Assembly: GCA_022821385.1 (NCBI GenBank)
Contig: JAJEDR010000089.1
Span: 24,747 to 88,746, forward strand
Direction: 5' to 3'
DNA: 64,000 bases
Source of the DNA: Rhodothermales bacterium
Lineage (GTDB): Bacteria; Bacteroidota; Rhodothermia; Rhodothermales; Bin80
Part shown: in pieces, positions 40,498-51,684 of the stretch
Numbering within the stretch: position 1 is the first letter of the stretch
Layout: each line of letters begins with the position of its first letter
The notes under the pieces: generated by a model
The model's input: the letters and a program-made list of their open reading frames with translations, nothing else
The model's database searches: none
Told to the model about the DNA's origin: nothing
Translations under genes and position numbers: made by a program

Positions 40498-41974
40498 GAT
40501 TTCGAGAGTTTATCCCTTCTATCAGTAAGGTACGCACAAGCTTGGGATCAGGTGATCCGTCGAAGCGGCGCATGACCTGCCCGATAAAAAACCCGACAAT
40601 AGACTGCTTGCCGTCCAGGTATATTTTAACCTGCTTCGGGTGCTCATCCAATACGCGATCCACGATCGGCTCCAATGCACCACGATCGGAAACCTGTATC
40701 AAGTTACGCTCTTTGGCAATAACCCATGGTGCGCGATCATCAGACAACATCGCTTCAAACAGGAGCTGTGCACCGCTTGAGCTGACCGTTGATTCTATGC
40801 GCAGATGCGCAAGCTGTGCCAGTCGAAGAGGCTGAATAGGAAAATTTGCTATCTCTATACCGTCCTCCTTACAGGTTCTCAGTACATCGCCCATGACAAA
40901 GTTCGACAGCATCTTCGCCTGAACCGGAAGGGATGCGTTTGACTCCGAAGACGTAAGCACATCCACCGCCTGTTCAAAGTAGTCGGCAACCGGTCGCTCT
41001 TCTGTCAGGACACCTGCATCATACTCGGGTAACTGGAACGCTTGAACGTAGTAGCGATGGCGAGCAGCGGGCAGTCTTGGCATCCCGGCCATAATGGCTG
41101 CTTTGGCGGCTTCAGTAACCAGAATAGGGGGCAAGTCCGGGTCAGGGAAATAACGATAGTCGTGGGCCTCCTCTTTTGAGCGCATAGAACGTGTTTCCCC
41201 GGATGCATCGTCCCAGAGCCGGGTTTCGTGCGTAACAGGAATTCCGCGCTTCAATAAAGCAGTTTGTCGACGAACCTCGTAATCAATCGCCCGCTCTACA
41301 TGACGGAACGAGTTCATGTTCTTGATCTCGGTTTTCGTACCGAGCACTGGTGTCCCTTCCGGCCGAACGGATACATTTGCATCGCAGCGAAGAGACCCCT
41401 CCTCCATATTACCGTCGCTAATCTTAAGGTAGCGGACCAGTTGACGTACCTTCTGCATGTAAAGATTGGCCTCTGCCCCAGAGCGAATATCGGGCTCGGA
41501 AACGATTTCCAGAAGCGGCACGCCGCAACGATTGTAGTCCAGAAGTGTACTCGTTGGATCCTGATCATGCAACGATTTGCCTGCGTCCTCCTCAATGTGA
41601 ATACGTGTGATTCGGATTCGACGCGCTGCCCCGATATCGAGATACCCGGCCGTGCAAATGGGGGATTCAAATTGTGATATCTGGTATCCCTTGGGCAGAT
41701 CGGGATAGAAATAATGCTTACGTGCCAAAATACTGCGCTCGGTGATCTGGCAGTTTGTTGCCAGACCCAATCGCACCGCAAATTCAACAACCCTTGAGTT
41801 CAAGACCGGGAGTGTACCGGGAAGCCCTAAACTGACAGGATCCACGTTTTCGTTGGGAGAAGCGCCAAATACCGCAGAATCGGGGCTGAACGTCTTGGAT
41901 TCTGTCAGCAGCTGACAGTGGACTTCCAGCCCAATCACGGGTTCGTATAGGGTTTCGGTGGTTACTGCATCCAT
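40490..41974 (-). CDS. gatB: Asp/Glu-tRNA amidotransferase subunit B
   Basis: YEPVIGLEVHCQL N-terminus, 494 aa. Confidence 0.95.
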   Translation of the reverse strand: MDAVTTETLYEPVIGLEVHCQLLTESKTFSPDSAVFGASPNENVDPVSLGLPGTLPVLNSRVVEFAVRLGLATNCQITERSILARKHYFYPDLPKGYQISQFESPICTAGYLDIGAARRIRITRIHIEEDAGKSLHDQDPTSTLLDYNRCGVPLLEIVSEPDIRSGAEANLYMQKVRQLVRYLKISDGNMEEGSLRCDANVSVRPEGTPVLGTKTEIKNMNSFRHVERAIDYEVRRQTALLKRGIPVTHETRLWDDASGETRSMRSKEEAHDYRYFPDPDLPPILVTEAAKAAIMAGMPRLPAARHRYYVQAFQLPEYDAGVLTEERPVADYFEQAVDVLTSSESNASLPVQAKMLSNFVMGDVLRTCKEDGIEIANFPIQPLRLAQLAHLRIESTVSSSGAQLLFEAMLSDDRAPWVIAKERNLIQVSDRGALEPIVDRVLDEHPKQVKIYLDGKQSIVGFFIGQVMRRFDGSPDPKLVRTLLIEGINSRNHE

Positions 41975-41981
41975 ACGACTA

Positions 41982-42443
41982 TCACAACTCCGCGAATGCG
42001 TCCAGAATTTCCTTCCCGTGAACCATGTTCTTCGGACGCCTAAAAATCTTTACGATCCTTCCAGATTCATCAATCAGGAAGGTCGTACGCTTAAGTCCCA
42101 GGAAGCTCTTACCGAACATCATCTTGTTTCCCCAAACACCATAGAGATCAATGACCTTCTTGTCTTTGTCTGCTACCAGGAAGAAAGGCAGTTTATACCT
42201 TGCGGCAAAACGTTGATGAGACTTTGTGCTGTTGGGGGAGACTCCAATAACAATAATGCCCGCTGCTTCTAGCGAGTTCCAAGTGTCTCGAATACTGCAT
42301 GCCTCCAGCACACACCCGGGAGTATCGTTCATAGGATAGAAATACAGGGCGATCTTGCGGCCGAAGAAATCACTGAGACGAAGCTGGCCGCCATCTCCTA
42401 ACGGGCCTACAAAATCTGGTGCCTGATCTCCAAGTTCTAACAT
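41982..42443 (-). CDS. bcp: peroxiredoxin Bcp
   Basis: YFYPMNDTPGCVLEAC (PxxxTxxC with resolving Cys). The start at MLELGDQAPDF is preferred to the upstream in-frame start at 42536. Confidence 0.85.
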   Translation of the reverse strand: MLELGDQAPDFVGPLGDGGQLRLSDFFGRKIALYFYPMNDTPGCVLEACSIRDTWNSLEAAGIIVIGVSPNSTKSHQRFAARYKLPFFLVADKDKKVIDLYGVWGNKMMFGKSFLGLKRTTFLIDESGRIVKIFRRPKNMVHGKEILDAFAEL

Positions 42444-42560
42444 TATTGTGCAGGCTGAATCCAACCAGTTACCCCCGATTATACTGGTAGTTTCAGAAAA
42501 TGCCGACATCCTCCTCCGAAAAACAGGGAGGTACACAAGTCGCTACCCGGATGCGCAAAG

Positions 42561-44546
42561 CTAATACCTGAGCAGGCGGTCAAGTGCTTCCTTGAGCCGT
42601 GCACGGGCAGAAAATATCTCGGTTTCCAGATTGAGCGAAAAGGGCACGGGGGTATCCAAGCTGGCTACACGCACCGGGGGGGCGTCCAGGTACTCAAACC
42701 CTTCTTCCACGATCCTTGCAGTAATTTCAGCCCCGAATCCACCGGTCATGGTAGCTTCGTGCAGCACTAAGAGTCGGCCGGTTTTTTTCAGGGAGCCCAA
42801 AACCAGCTCCTTGTCCCATGGCACGAGCGTTCGCAGGTCAATGACCTCAACGCTGGCACCGGCCTGCTCCTTTCGTGACTGGGCTTCTTCAAGCGCCCAT
42901 TGAACACTAAGTCCATAGGTGACAATCGTCACATCTTCCCCTTGATGTGCGCAGACCGCGCTGCCCAAGGGGACATCAAAAATATCGTCTGGCACGGGTC
43001 CGCGTGTACTGCGATAGAGACGTTTGTGCTCAAAATACAGGACCGGGTTCGGATCGGCTATTGAGGCAAGGAGCAGCCCTTTTGCATCTCTTGGTGTTGC
43101 TGGAACAACAACTTTCAACCCCGGAACATGACAGAACCAGGCCTCCTTGCACTGGGAATGGAACGGTCCGGCTCCGATATGCCCTCCGAATGGCGCCCGT
43201 ATAGTCACATTAACCGGTGCATTCCACCGGTAAGTGGTTGTTGCAAGGTTGTTTACAATCTGATTGAAGCCACAGGCAATAAAATCGGCGTATTGCATTT
43301 CTATGATTGGCCGAAAACCCTCCAGTGCCAATCCCAGAGCCGCTCCCAATATTCCACTTTCTATGATGGGCGTGTTCCGTACACGTTCTCGGCCAAACTT
43401 CTCTAGCAGACCTGCCGAGGTCTTGAAGACCCCACCGTACTCGGCTATATCCTGTCCCATTAACAGCACCTTGTCATCCTGTTCCATAGCCTGCCACATC
43501 GCTTCACGAATCGCATCAACGAACCGTATTTCGGGCTGGGTGCCGCGAGATGATCGTGGCTGCGCGTTGTTGGGAACGAAGACAGCAGCTTTTTCCCGTG
43601 CAGTAGTGCTCTCCACAAGGGGCTGCGCCAGTGCGTATTCAGATGCGGCGCTGACGGTCCCCGATAATTCCTCCCGCATATCTTCTACCTCCTTGGAGGA
43701 AACCACCTTTGCTTCGGTCAGCAGTTGGATATACTGATCTACGGGATCCTTTTGTGCCCATGCCTCCATGAGCGCCTTGGGGACATATTTCGTTCCGGAT
43801 GCTTCCTCGTGGCCTCGGCGCCGAAAGGTCTTCATCTCCAAGAGTGTTGCTCCTTTCCCTGCACGCGCACGCTCCGCGGCAGTACGCACGGCTGCTACCA
43901 CACTGAGCACACTGTTACCATCAATGGACTCCCCTGGGAATCCATATCCCGAGGCTGCGTCTGCCAGATTGGCGATGGGCAGTGCCTCATCGGTCGGTGT
44001 GGAGAGACCATAACCATTATTCTCAACGATGAACAACACCGGCAGCTTCCAGACTCCTGCCAGACTGCAGGCCTCATGGAAATCCCCCTCCCTAGTGGCC
44101 CCGTCTCCGCAAAAGACCGCCGCGAGATTCCCGCTGTTTTTAAGTTGGGTCGCCTGTGCTATACCGCAGGCCACCGGCAGCATAGCTCCCAGGTGGGAGA
44201 TCATCCCCACGAGACGCTTTTCCGGAAGACCAAAATGAAAGGTCCTGTCCCGTCCCATGGTGTAACCTCCCTTCCGCCCCATTAACTGGCAGAACAGGGG
44301 TTTGAGTGGCACTTCCCGTGTAGTCCATACGCCCAAATTTCTGTGCAATGGGAGAATTACATCGCTGTGCCGAAGTGCCCAGGTGCATCCTACCGCGATG
44401 GCTTCCTGCCCATAGCCGCTGAACCATTTTGATATCCGGTTTTGGCGGATGAGCCGCAGCATATGTTCCTCGATAACGCGAGGTAGAAGAAGCGCACGGA
44501 GAAGTCCGCGGTGTTCGTCGTTCGGAAACTGGTCAAGGGCACTCAA
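42561..44546 (-). CDS. 2-oxoacid dehydrogenase E1 component, fused alpha/beta subunits
   Basis: TPP-binding FCGDGATREGDFHE in the N-terminal half and a transketolase-like beta half, 661 aa. Confidence 0.85.
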   Translation of the reverse strand: MSALDQFPNDEHRGLLRALLLPRVIEEHMLRLIRQNRISKWFSGYGQEAIAVGCTWALRHSDVILPLHRNLGVWTTREVPLKPLFCQLMGRKGGYTMGRDRTFHFGLPEKRLVGMISHLGAMLPVACGIAQATQLKNSGNLAAVFCGDGATREGDFHEACSLAGVWKLPVLFIVENNGYGLSTPTDEALPIANLADAASGYGFPGESIDGNSVLSVVAAVRTAAERARAGKGATLLEMKTFRRRGHEEASGTKYVPKALMEAWAQKDPVDQYIQLLTEAKVVSSKEVEDMREELSGTVSAASEYALAQPLVESTTAREKAAVFVPNNAQPRSSRGTQPEIRFVDAIREAMWQAMEQDDKVLLMGQDIAEYGGVFKTSAGLLEKFGRERVRNTPIIESGILGAALGLALEGFRPIIEMQYADFIACGFNQIVNNLATTTYRWNAPVNVTIRAPFGGHIGAGPFHSQCKEAWFCHVPGLKVVVPATPRDAKGLLLASIADPNPVLYFEHKRLYRSTRGPVPDDIFDVPLGSAVCAHQGEDVTIVTYGLSVQWALEEAQSRKEQAGASVEVIDLRTLVPWDKELVLGSLKKTGRLLVLHEATMTGGFGAEITARIVEEGFEYLDAPPVRVASLDTPVPFSLNLETEIFSARARLKEALDRLLRY

Positions 44547-45970
44547 CGGCCGCCTCCGGATATTACCGCCTGAAAAGTCCGAAACAGGATCTTCAAATCC
44601 ATGCTCAAACTCATATTCTCGATGTAGTAAAGGTCAAATTTAACCTTCTGCTGTACATCCTCAAGGGAGCTGTCGTAGTGCCACATTACCTGCGCCCATC
44701 CAGTAATGCCAGGCTTTATGCGGTGACGGCGATTGTAGAGTGGTATTTTGCCGATCAGTTTTTCTACAAAGTATGGCCGTTCCGGGCGGGGCCCCACCAG
44801 GCTCATATCCCCGCGAAGTACATTCCAGAGCTGTGGAATTTCGTCGAGGCGTGTCCTGCGCAGCCATCCTCCGACAGAAGTATAGCGTGGGTCGTCTTTG
44901 GAAGCCCAGACTGGTCCAGTCTGCGCTTCAGCATCCTGACGCATAGTCCTGAATTTGTACATGGTGAATGTGCGCCCTTTACGCCCCACGCGACGCTGCC
45001 TGTAAATTGCCCCTCCCTTTGATGTGGTTGCTATGGCAATCGTGATCCCGATCCAGAGTGGTGATCCTACGACCAGAACCAGCAAGGCGACAATCAGGTC
45101 AATAAATCGCTTCGTGTTCTGTTGCCAGGCGGGCATAGGTATCGGAAGTACCTCAATGAGCGGTAAGCCATAAATGTGTTCAGTGCGTGCCATACCGCCG
45201 ATCACCGAGTAAAAATCCGGCACGATTTTGAGCGTCACATTCTTGCCGTCGCACAGGCGCAGCACTTCAGACAGTTCTTTATTGTCTTCGGAGCCCAGCG
45301 CAATCAGTACATCACGCACGAGTAACTCGTCAATCAGATCGGGCAATTGCTCAATGGCATGCTCGGGGTGCTGTTGTTGCAGATCTTCTCCATTTGAGGA
45401 AAGAGTTTCTTTCTGTCCCAGTCGCACAGCTGCAACAATTTGAAGCCCCGCAGCTGGATACTTGGCTACATCCTTGTATAGGCGTTCTACCTGATCGCTC
45501 CAACCAACCACCAGGGCACGATGAGTTCCATGGCCGCGCAGAATCAAAGCTTTCTGTACAGAACGTACCACGAGCCGCCCGAAGACAATCAGTCCAAGGA
45601 CAAAAGCCCAGTAGATTGCAATGCTGGACAGCCTTCCCTCCTCGTCAAAAACGTCAATGAATATGCTGAATACAAGAAGCAGGACACCAACCGTAACTAC
45701 TTTGATCAGTGACACACTCTCGTCAAGACGACTCGAGGCATGTCGTTCACGGTACATGCCTGCGAGCAGGAGCATAACTATCCAAAAAGGTGTAAGTAGC
45801 ACCGGAGCAAACAAAGGGTAAATCACCCTCGCCACGTCGGGGTCGGGGTGTTCAAAGCCAAATATGTCGAAACTGCCTTGGAATCTGATCCACATATACG
45901 CGAACCAGGATGCTGATACAGCGAGGGTATCGGAGACGATCAGGGCAATAATTTCAACCTTACGGGACAT
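44543..45970 (-). CDS. polyprenyl glycosylphosphotransferase (WbaP/WcaJ-type sugar transferase)
   Basis: N-terminal TM helices and the C-terminal [24 protein letters not shown]...GITGWAQV bacterial sugar transferase motif. Confidence 0.9.
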   Translation of the reverse strand: MSRKVEIIALIVSDTLAVSASWFAYMWIRFQGSFDIFGFEHPDPDVARVIYPLFAPVLLTPFWIVMLLLAGMYRERHASSRLDESVSLIKVVTVGVLLLVFSIFIDVFDEEGRLSSIAIYWAFVLGLIVFGRLVVRSVQKALILRGHGTHRALVVGWSDQVERLYKDVAKYPAAGLQIVAAVRLGQKETLSSNGEDLQQQHPEHAIEQLPDLIDELLVRDVLIALGSEDNKELSEVLRLCDGKNVTLKIVPDFYSVIGGMARTEHIYGLPLIEVLPIPMPAWQQNTKRFIDLIVALLVLVVGSPLWIGITIAIATTSKGGAIYRQRRVGRKGRTFTMYKFRTMRQDAEAQTGPVWASKDDPRYTSVGGWLRRTRLDEIPQLWNVLRGDMSLVGPRPERPYFVEKLIGKIPLYNRRHRIKPGITGWAQVMWHYDSSLEDVQQKVKFDLYYIENMSLSMDLKILFRTFQAVISGGGR

Positions 45971-46426
45971 TCCGGGGACAATTCTGCAGGGGCTTATACT
46001 CTACCAATCCGAATCACGTTGCCCGATCCAATATCGTGATTGAGGGAGTGGCCCGACCGTTCTTCTCTTGAGGCGGTCCCCAAATCTGCACAGTTTGCTG
46101 TGGTGTTTTGGGTTGCATTTTGGGGCAGGGGAGAAATTTGGAATATTTAAACGTGGTGCTGATACCGGCGGAGAACCGTTAACTAGTTTGAGTCGGTTGA
46201 AGCTCTCGTGGCGCAGCACATGAGAGAATATATTGAATGCCTTCAGCAATATTGTGAATGATACCTAAACTTCCGTGATCAATTCCCCCTTCACAGTTTG
46301 GCAGAGCTTTCCAGATACATCCGCTCTCGTCCTGAATACACAGCGGGTTTTTGTGCAAACAGACCGTACTTTGCACTAATAGAGTTGTAACAACCTATCT
46401 TCTGTTTTCAACCATTTGTCTAATGC

Positions 46427-47968
46427 ATGCTGCTACGCGTGTTGTTTGTCAGCCCGTTTGTACTGCTACCCATTCTAGTCCAGGCGCAGGGGAATCGTCT
46501 GCTGCCTGTGAATGACTACGCCTACGAATACATTATACGGCTTCAGCGTCGAGGGCATCTACTTGAACTGAACCCCACATCGCTGCCGTATCGCCGAGGC
46601 GATGTTTGGGATGCACTGAGTCGACTGGACACTACTGCCCTGAACAGCTCAGAGCAACACTGGATGACACTGCTTCGCCGCAAGCTTCAACCTGTCGAAA
46701 AGCCTGAGGCTGAGGCTACGGCAGGGTACACCTTCATGGCGGCAGCTGATATCATCAACAGTGACCGAAAAGATCTTGTCAGACCCCAGGGGGAGTCTGT
46801 AAATTTCTATTGGTACGGTACATGGGCCACCGGTTACCTTGAAGCGGGACCTGCTGTGGCGGAGCTCTCCCTGCAGCATAACCGCTTTTACGAAAACGAT
46901 CCTGACGGCCTGGATGCCACGCTGCGTTTATGGGCCCGAAGTGAACATTCCTATGTCGGGTGGCACACTCGTTGGGTATCGGCCTATGTTGGACGCTGGG
47001 ACATTCACTGGAGCGCACCGGGTGAAGCCTCCACAATTGTCAGCAATAATGCACGCAGTAGAGACCAGATTCTACTGCGCATCGGGGGTCCCCGTGCATC
47101 CGTAACCGCAGTTCTGAGTGAATTGGACAGTGCGACAGACGGACGATACTACACGGGACGGGCTGCTGATGATTCAGTTGCTTTTGGCAGTACACGGCGA
47201 TTCCATGCCGCACATCGATGGGATTACCGTCCGTCCAAGAAATTCGGGATCAGTTTTATGGAATCAGCCATTTATTCTGGACCCACCGCCGGAATATCCC
47301 TGAAGTACCTCAATCCGATGAACCCGTTTACTTTTGTGGTAGACAATGTGCCAAAAAACGATGATAACAATGGTTTTTTGGCGGGGCTTTTGTGGGCGCA
47401 GCTGAAACGACTAACACTTCAGGGGCAGTTCATGGTAGACGATATCCGTCTGCAGGCCAACACAGGCCCGGAGACAATCACTTTTGTACTTACCGGTTCG
47501 GCAGTGTATGCACTGCCTAGAGCGGATCTCAGGTTAACGCTCGAAACGGTTACGTCAAGAGCTTACAATGCTCCGCAGACTGAAGGACAATATATATTTC
47601 TCAATCGAGGGCTGGCCACGCAGTTCAGTGATTACGTACACACTTCATTGTCTGCCGAGTTTTACATGGACCATAAAGTCCGCGGACTGCGATTTGGACC
47701 CAAGCTGGATATGCTGCTGCAGGGGGAACGGGATATGCGCCAGCCATTCCCGGGCAAATTGGAACCCGTGCGTAATCTTCTCGATGGTGATGTAGAGCAA
47801 ACCATTCGCGGATCAATCGGCGTAACCTATCAACCCATGGATTGGTGGTGGATTGCAGCTGACGGAGGCTATAATGTGACCGATAGCGGCGATAATCGAT
47901 TCGTCGGGTTGATAAGCGCTGGGGTGATACTCACGTTTGACACTGCCATAAACCTCTGGAGCCAGTGA
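46427..47968 (+). CDS. Wzi-like outer-membrane protein (capsule assembly family), tentative
   Basis: Signal peptide ending VQAQ. The N-terminal YEYIIRLQRRGHLLELNPTSLPYRRGDVWDAL resembles the Wzi helical bundle. The rest has alternating beta-strand character. Confidence 0.5.
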   Translation: MLLRVLFVSPFVLLPILVQAQGNRLLPVNDYAYEYIIRLQRRGHLLELNPTSLPYRRGDVWDALSRLDTTALNSSEQHWMTLLRRKLQPVEKPEAEATAGYTFMAAADIINSDRKDLVRPQGESVNFYWYGTWATGYLEAGPAVAELSLQHNRFYENDPDGLDATLRLWARSEHSYVGWHTRWVSAYVGRWDIHWSAPGEASTIVSNNARSRDQILLRIGGPRASVTAVLSELDSATDGRYYTGRAADDSVAFGSTRRFHAAHRWDYRPSKKFGISFMESAIYSGPTAGISLKYLNPMNPFTFVVDNVPKNDDNNGFLAGLLWAQLKRLTLQGQFMVDDIRLQANTGPETITFVLTGSAVYALPRADLRLTLETVTSRAYNAPQTEGQYIFLNRGLATQFSDYVHTSLSAEFYMDHKVRGLRFGPKLDMLLQGERDMRQPFPGKLEPVRNLLDGDVEQTIRGSIGVTYQPMDWWWIAADGGYNVTDSGDNRFVGLISAGVILTFDTAINLWSQ

Positions 47969-48534
47969 GGCGCCCCTTTACTATACTGGTTCTGCTTGCA
48001 GTTGCGACACCCTGTCTCGCACAGGATCCGTTCAGCAGTCTGGAGATGCGCATCCAGGCAACACAGAATGTGAACCAAAACATCCTACATGATCACTGGC
48101 ACTCCGGTCGGGGCATGAAAGCGTCCCTGGTTACGCCATTTTATTTTGGTGACTGGGGGGTCAGTCTAGGTGTTCACCGTTTCTCTGCCCGCAGCGATGT
48201 CCCCGGGTTCGGGGCACTTTGGATTAGCTCGGATTGGGGGGTCAGGTTGCCACTTGGGTACCGGTTCGCACTGACGCCGGCGGTCGGTATAGGTAATTAT
48301 CGCATGTCATTTGATGATGCAGTAACAACGTTTTCCGGCGAGAGCAGCGAGAGTGATTTTGTCAGCAGTGCAAGTCTGCGAGCGTCACTAAGAATTGGCC
48401 GGGATTGGTTTCTGTTTGGTCAGGCTGAGCGTCTTCGCGTGCAAACCCGTCCTTTAATGCAACTCTGGTTTGTCTCTGCGGGAATTGGCTATCAGATGGA
48501 AACAGGCCGACTCCTCAAAGCCATTCTGGAATGA
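47965..48534 (+). CDS. small outer-membrane beta-barrel protein, tentative
   Basis: Signal peptide LLAVATPCLAQ, 189 aa with alternating aromatic/Gly strands. Its GTG start overlaps the upstream stop (GTGA). Confidence 0.45.
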   Translation: MRRPFTILVLLAVATPCLAQDPFSSLEMRIQATQNVNQNILHDHWHSGRGMKASLVTPFYFGDWGVSLGVHRFSARSDVPGFGALWISSDWGVRLPLGYRFALTPAVGIGNYRMSFDDAVTTFSGESSESDFVSSASLRASLRIGRDWFLFGQAERLRVQTRPLMQLWFVSAGIGYQMETGRLLKAILE

Positions 48535-50435
48535 TGCTTTGCTGGTGCAGGACATCATTCTGTTTATTGATGGCGGCCGGCGCAGCAATCGGCGTTTGTG
48601 CACAGGTGTTGACTGCGGAATACCTTACCAGGGCCGGCGTACTAAGACTGAGTGATATTCTAGAACTTGCAGATGACTGGTCTGGCAGTTCTACTGAGGG
48701 ATACCACTGGGATATTGCGCCTCTGGGGACATCCTGGGAGGCCAGCCCTGAATGGAGTCTGTTCATAGATGGGCGGCTGATCAGCTTACGGGCATTAAAT
48801 CGCCAGAGCCTCAACACCTTGCCCATAGCACTTTCGGAAATATGTGAAGTGCGTCTGCACGCAACCCCCGTTCTCATTGACGGGGTGTTGGCACATGGAG
48901 GGGCGGTTCAGATTACCCGGTGCAAACCGCCCAAAGGTTTATCCCTGCGGGGACAAATTGGTGCTGGCAATGAAACCGGTGATCCTGGCCCGTACAAATA
49001 CACGGAGCTCGGAGGGCCCAATGTAGACCGAACCGGCCCTACAGTTCACGGTGCCCTGTCCGGTAGCTCCGGCAACTGGCATGTTCGTGGGATGGCGGCC
49101 GCCGATGAACATCATGTAACTGATCCTCGCATCCGACCGCGGGTTCTGCAGCTTTTTCGGGGCGAAAAGGATGCGCGTATCATTTATCGTGCACTCGGCT
49201 TTGATGCCTCTTCCCCCAATTATACGGTCAGCGCAGCTGTCAGTCGGACAGAAGATCTGTTGTTCACGCCTGTTATGGGACGAGAGATTCCTGTTGATCG
49301 GGAGACCGCGATTGCGTCCATGTCTTCCGCCAGCAAATTACTTGGGTATTCTATTTCGGGCAGCTCTACACGATTAACCACACGTGAAAACCCGGAGTTG
49401 ATATCTACCGACCTTGTTCAACGGCAGGCACGCGCGCGTCTGAATACAACGATATCTCTGGGAACATCGGCGATTGAGTTTGGCGCAGGCACGGTATTGG
49501 CGCAGGCACTGTTCGGTCCTAAACAAGTGCGCCAAACGCTTCACTCGTTCCGCGGAGACGCCACACTCAGCGTAGGGCCACCAGACCAGCTACGCATGAG
49601 CACCATGGCTGCAGTATCACTTGATGACAGCATATTGGGTTATGAAGTGTTCTCCCGCGCATGGCATGAACGGATTGGGCTTGACCTGAGGCTGATGCTC
49701 AGAAATAGGGCACCTGCTTCCGAAATGACGTTTGCTGACTGGGCAACGAGAGGATTTCGTCCTGGGAATGCCGAGCTTCGCTTCATGCCATTGGATATGC
49801 CCAGACGGAGGTCAACCTATTCTTTGGATGTTACCTGGGCCGCAGGCAACCGGGTCAAACTGTACCTGAGTGGTGGTTTGCGGAAGCTGACAAATCACGT
49901 ACGCCCACGCATGCGTGCCACACTCGACTCAACCCGTATGCGCCTGGATACAATTACGGACATCGTGGCGGCCAATGGCCAAATTGCTCGGACAAGTGTG
50001 CGTATTCACATGCCTCTCACCAACCGGTTTACCGTGAAACTCTACGGCGTTTATGCTTATCCATGGTCAGATGCGGATGCATTTCGCAGTGCATGGTACC
50101 ACCGTATGCAAATCGGGGGGCGGGGAGAATTTCATCCCAATGATCGATTTAGTCTGGATATGCGTCTCCGCTACGTCGGGGCAACGACCTGGGCTGAGTT
50201 TGAAGAGGCGGCCGCGGGTAACCCAGAGTTTTATACTACGCGGCTGCCTGGTTCAGTATATCTCCATCTTACCGTTCAGAAAAGATTCTGGGGGGAGAGA
50301 CTGCGCATGAGTGCCACAATGCGGAATGTACTAGACCACCCGCATCTTGCTCACCCCGCGGGGGCACGAACGCGTGCGTTATTTCAGGTCGCGATACGTT
50401 ACGCTATTCGAACCAGAAACGCTGGTTCCTCCTGA
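48531..50435 (+). CDS. TonB-dependent-receptor-like plug plus beta-barrel outer-membrane protein, divergent
   Basis: Signal peptide and a plug-like pattern (LRLSDILELADDW...LFIDGRL...LNTLPIALSEICEVRLHATP...GGAVQITR). ATGA overlap with the upstream gene. No obvious TonB box. Confidence 0.5.
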   Translation: MMLCWCRTSFCLLMAAGAAIGVCAQVLTAEYLTRAGVLRLSDILELADDWSGSSTEGYHWDIAPLGTSWEASPEWSLFIDGRLISLRALNRQSLNTLPIALSEICEVRLHATPVLIDGVLAHGGAVQITRCKPPKGLSLRGQIGAGNETGDPGPYKYTELGGPNVDRTGPTVHGALSGSSGNWHVRGMAAADEHHVTDPRIRPRVLQLFRGEKDARIIYRALGFDASSPNYTVSAAVSRTEDLLFTPVMGREIPVDRETAIASMSSASKLLGYSISGSSTRLTTRENPELISTDLVQRQARARLNTTISLGTSAIEFGAGTVLAQALFGPKQVRQTLHSFRGDATLSVGPPDQLRMSTMAAVSLDDSILGYEVFSRAWHERIGLDLRLMLRNRAPASEMTFADWATRGFRPGNAELRFMPLDMPRRRSTYSLDVTWAAGNRVKLYLSGGLRKLTNHVRPRMRATLDSTRMRLDTITDIVAANGQIARTSVRIHMPLTNRFTVKLYGVYAYPWSDADAFRSAWYHRMQIGGRGEFHPNDRFSLDMRLRYVGATTWAEFEEAAAGNPEFYTTRLPGSVYLHLTVQKRFWGERLRMSATMRNVLDHPHLAHPAGARTRALFQVAIRYAIRTRNAGSS

Positions 50436-50518
50436 TGCTTGCATCTTGCGTTATCTCTGCACTCCCCTTGCGGTATTTCAAACGTAATCTGTGGTCAGAC
50501 TAACCGTTGCCGGGTGCT

Positions 50519-51649
50519 TTAATCTGACGGTCGACGGAATTTTTCTCGGTTCCAGGTAAAGTGCACGGAAATTCTGTGTGAATACCCCAAATCACGGACC
50601 AGTCCCCCGAAGTCCCCAAATCCGTAATCAATTGAAAGTGTTTTGAGGCGTATACCCGCACCCACAGAAGGCACCACATCCAGCCCGTAATTGTCCGTCT
50701 GAGCTATTCGGTTGATCCCTGCTCGAAGGGCAACAAGGTTCCGAAACGAAAACTCAGCTCCCAATCTTGGATGAAACGACAGTTCCCCTAGATTGAAAGC
50801 GTTCGCCTGCTGTCCGTCAAATGCTACGTCCAAATCCAGTCCAATGGTCACAGCGTTCCGGGAACCTGCGGGTAATACCAGGCCTGATCCCAAGCGAATC
50901 ACCGGCAATACCAGGAATGTATCCCCAGTGGGTAACTCCTGGTCAAATACCTCACTGAAAGTATAGGGTACTCCGGTATCCGGGTTGGTGCCTTCAATGG
51001 CGAAGGCAGATGTGTTCACACTCCAGCTTTGGAGCATCGTTGATAAGTCCTGGATCTGTACACCAAGCATAAACCGATCTCCAAACCACTGAGCCCCAGC
51101 ATCAAAACTATAGCCCCACGCATCTGCAAAGTCTCCAATTGTGCGTCTGATGATCTTGCCTGATGCACCGACGGCCAATCGCGAGTTGAGACGCCTTGCG
51201 TAGCTGACCAGAAAAGCCATATCCGCAGCTGAGAAGCTGGTTATGTGTGATTCAGGGTTCGCTTTGGGTTGATTACGCTCTGCATCCCAGGCATTAAGGG
51301 TGTTTTTGATGTCATTCACACCGCTCCGAAAAAAACTCACCCCCACGGTGGAAGTGCTACTTACCGGATAAGCGACCGCAGCAAAATCAAACGACACAAT
51401 CCCAGCAAAGCGCTCCGCATGCATGTAGGCAACTTCGGGATATTCGGTGTGCGCCAATCCGGATGGATTCCAGTACACGCTATACACATTCTGGGTATGT
51501 GCAACGTTTGCTCCGCCCATGGCCAATGCCCGGGCATCTACCCCTCCCGCCAGGAAATCTGCTCCATACTTAGCAATCCGCTGCGCTGACGCAGGGGGGC
51601 AGATCATGGCGATGAATACTAGGAGAAATACCGTGAGTCGAAAATACAT
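50519..51649 (-). CDS. PorV/PorQ-like (FadL-like) outer-membrane beta-barrel
   Basis: Signal peptide, then GADFLAGGVDARALAMGGANVAHTQNVYSVYWNPSGLAH, the N-terminal signature I associate with the PorV/PorQ family. 35 nt downstream of the large lipoprotein gene. Confidence 0.5.
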   Translation of the reverse strand: MYFRLTVFLLVFIAMICPPASAQRIAKYGADFLAGGVDARALAMGGANVAHTQNVYSVYWNPSGLAHTEYPEVAYMHAERFAGIVSFDFAAVAYPVSSTSTVGVSFFRSGVNDIKNTLNAWDAERNQPKANPESHITSFSAADMAFLVSYARRLNSRLAVGASGKIIRRTIGDFADAWGYSFDAGAQWFGDRFMLGVQIQDLSTMLQSWSVNTSAFAIEGTNPDTGVPYTFSEVFDQELPTGDTFLVLPVIRLGSGLVLPAGSRNAVTIGLDLDVAFDGQQANAFNLGELSFHPRLGAEFSFRNLVALRAGINRIAQTDNYGLDVVPSVGAGIRLKTLSIDYGFGDFGGLVRDLGYSHRISVHFTWNREKFRRPSD

Positions 51650-51684
51650 TCGGAATTACAGGTTCAACGTGTATACCCCCAAAC

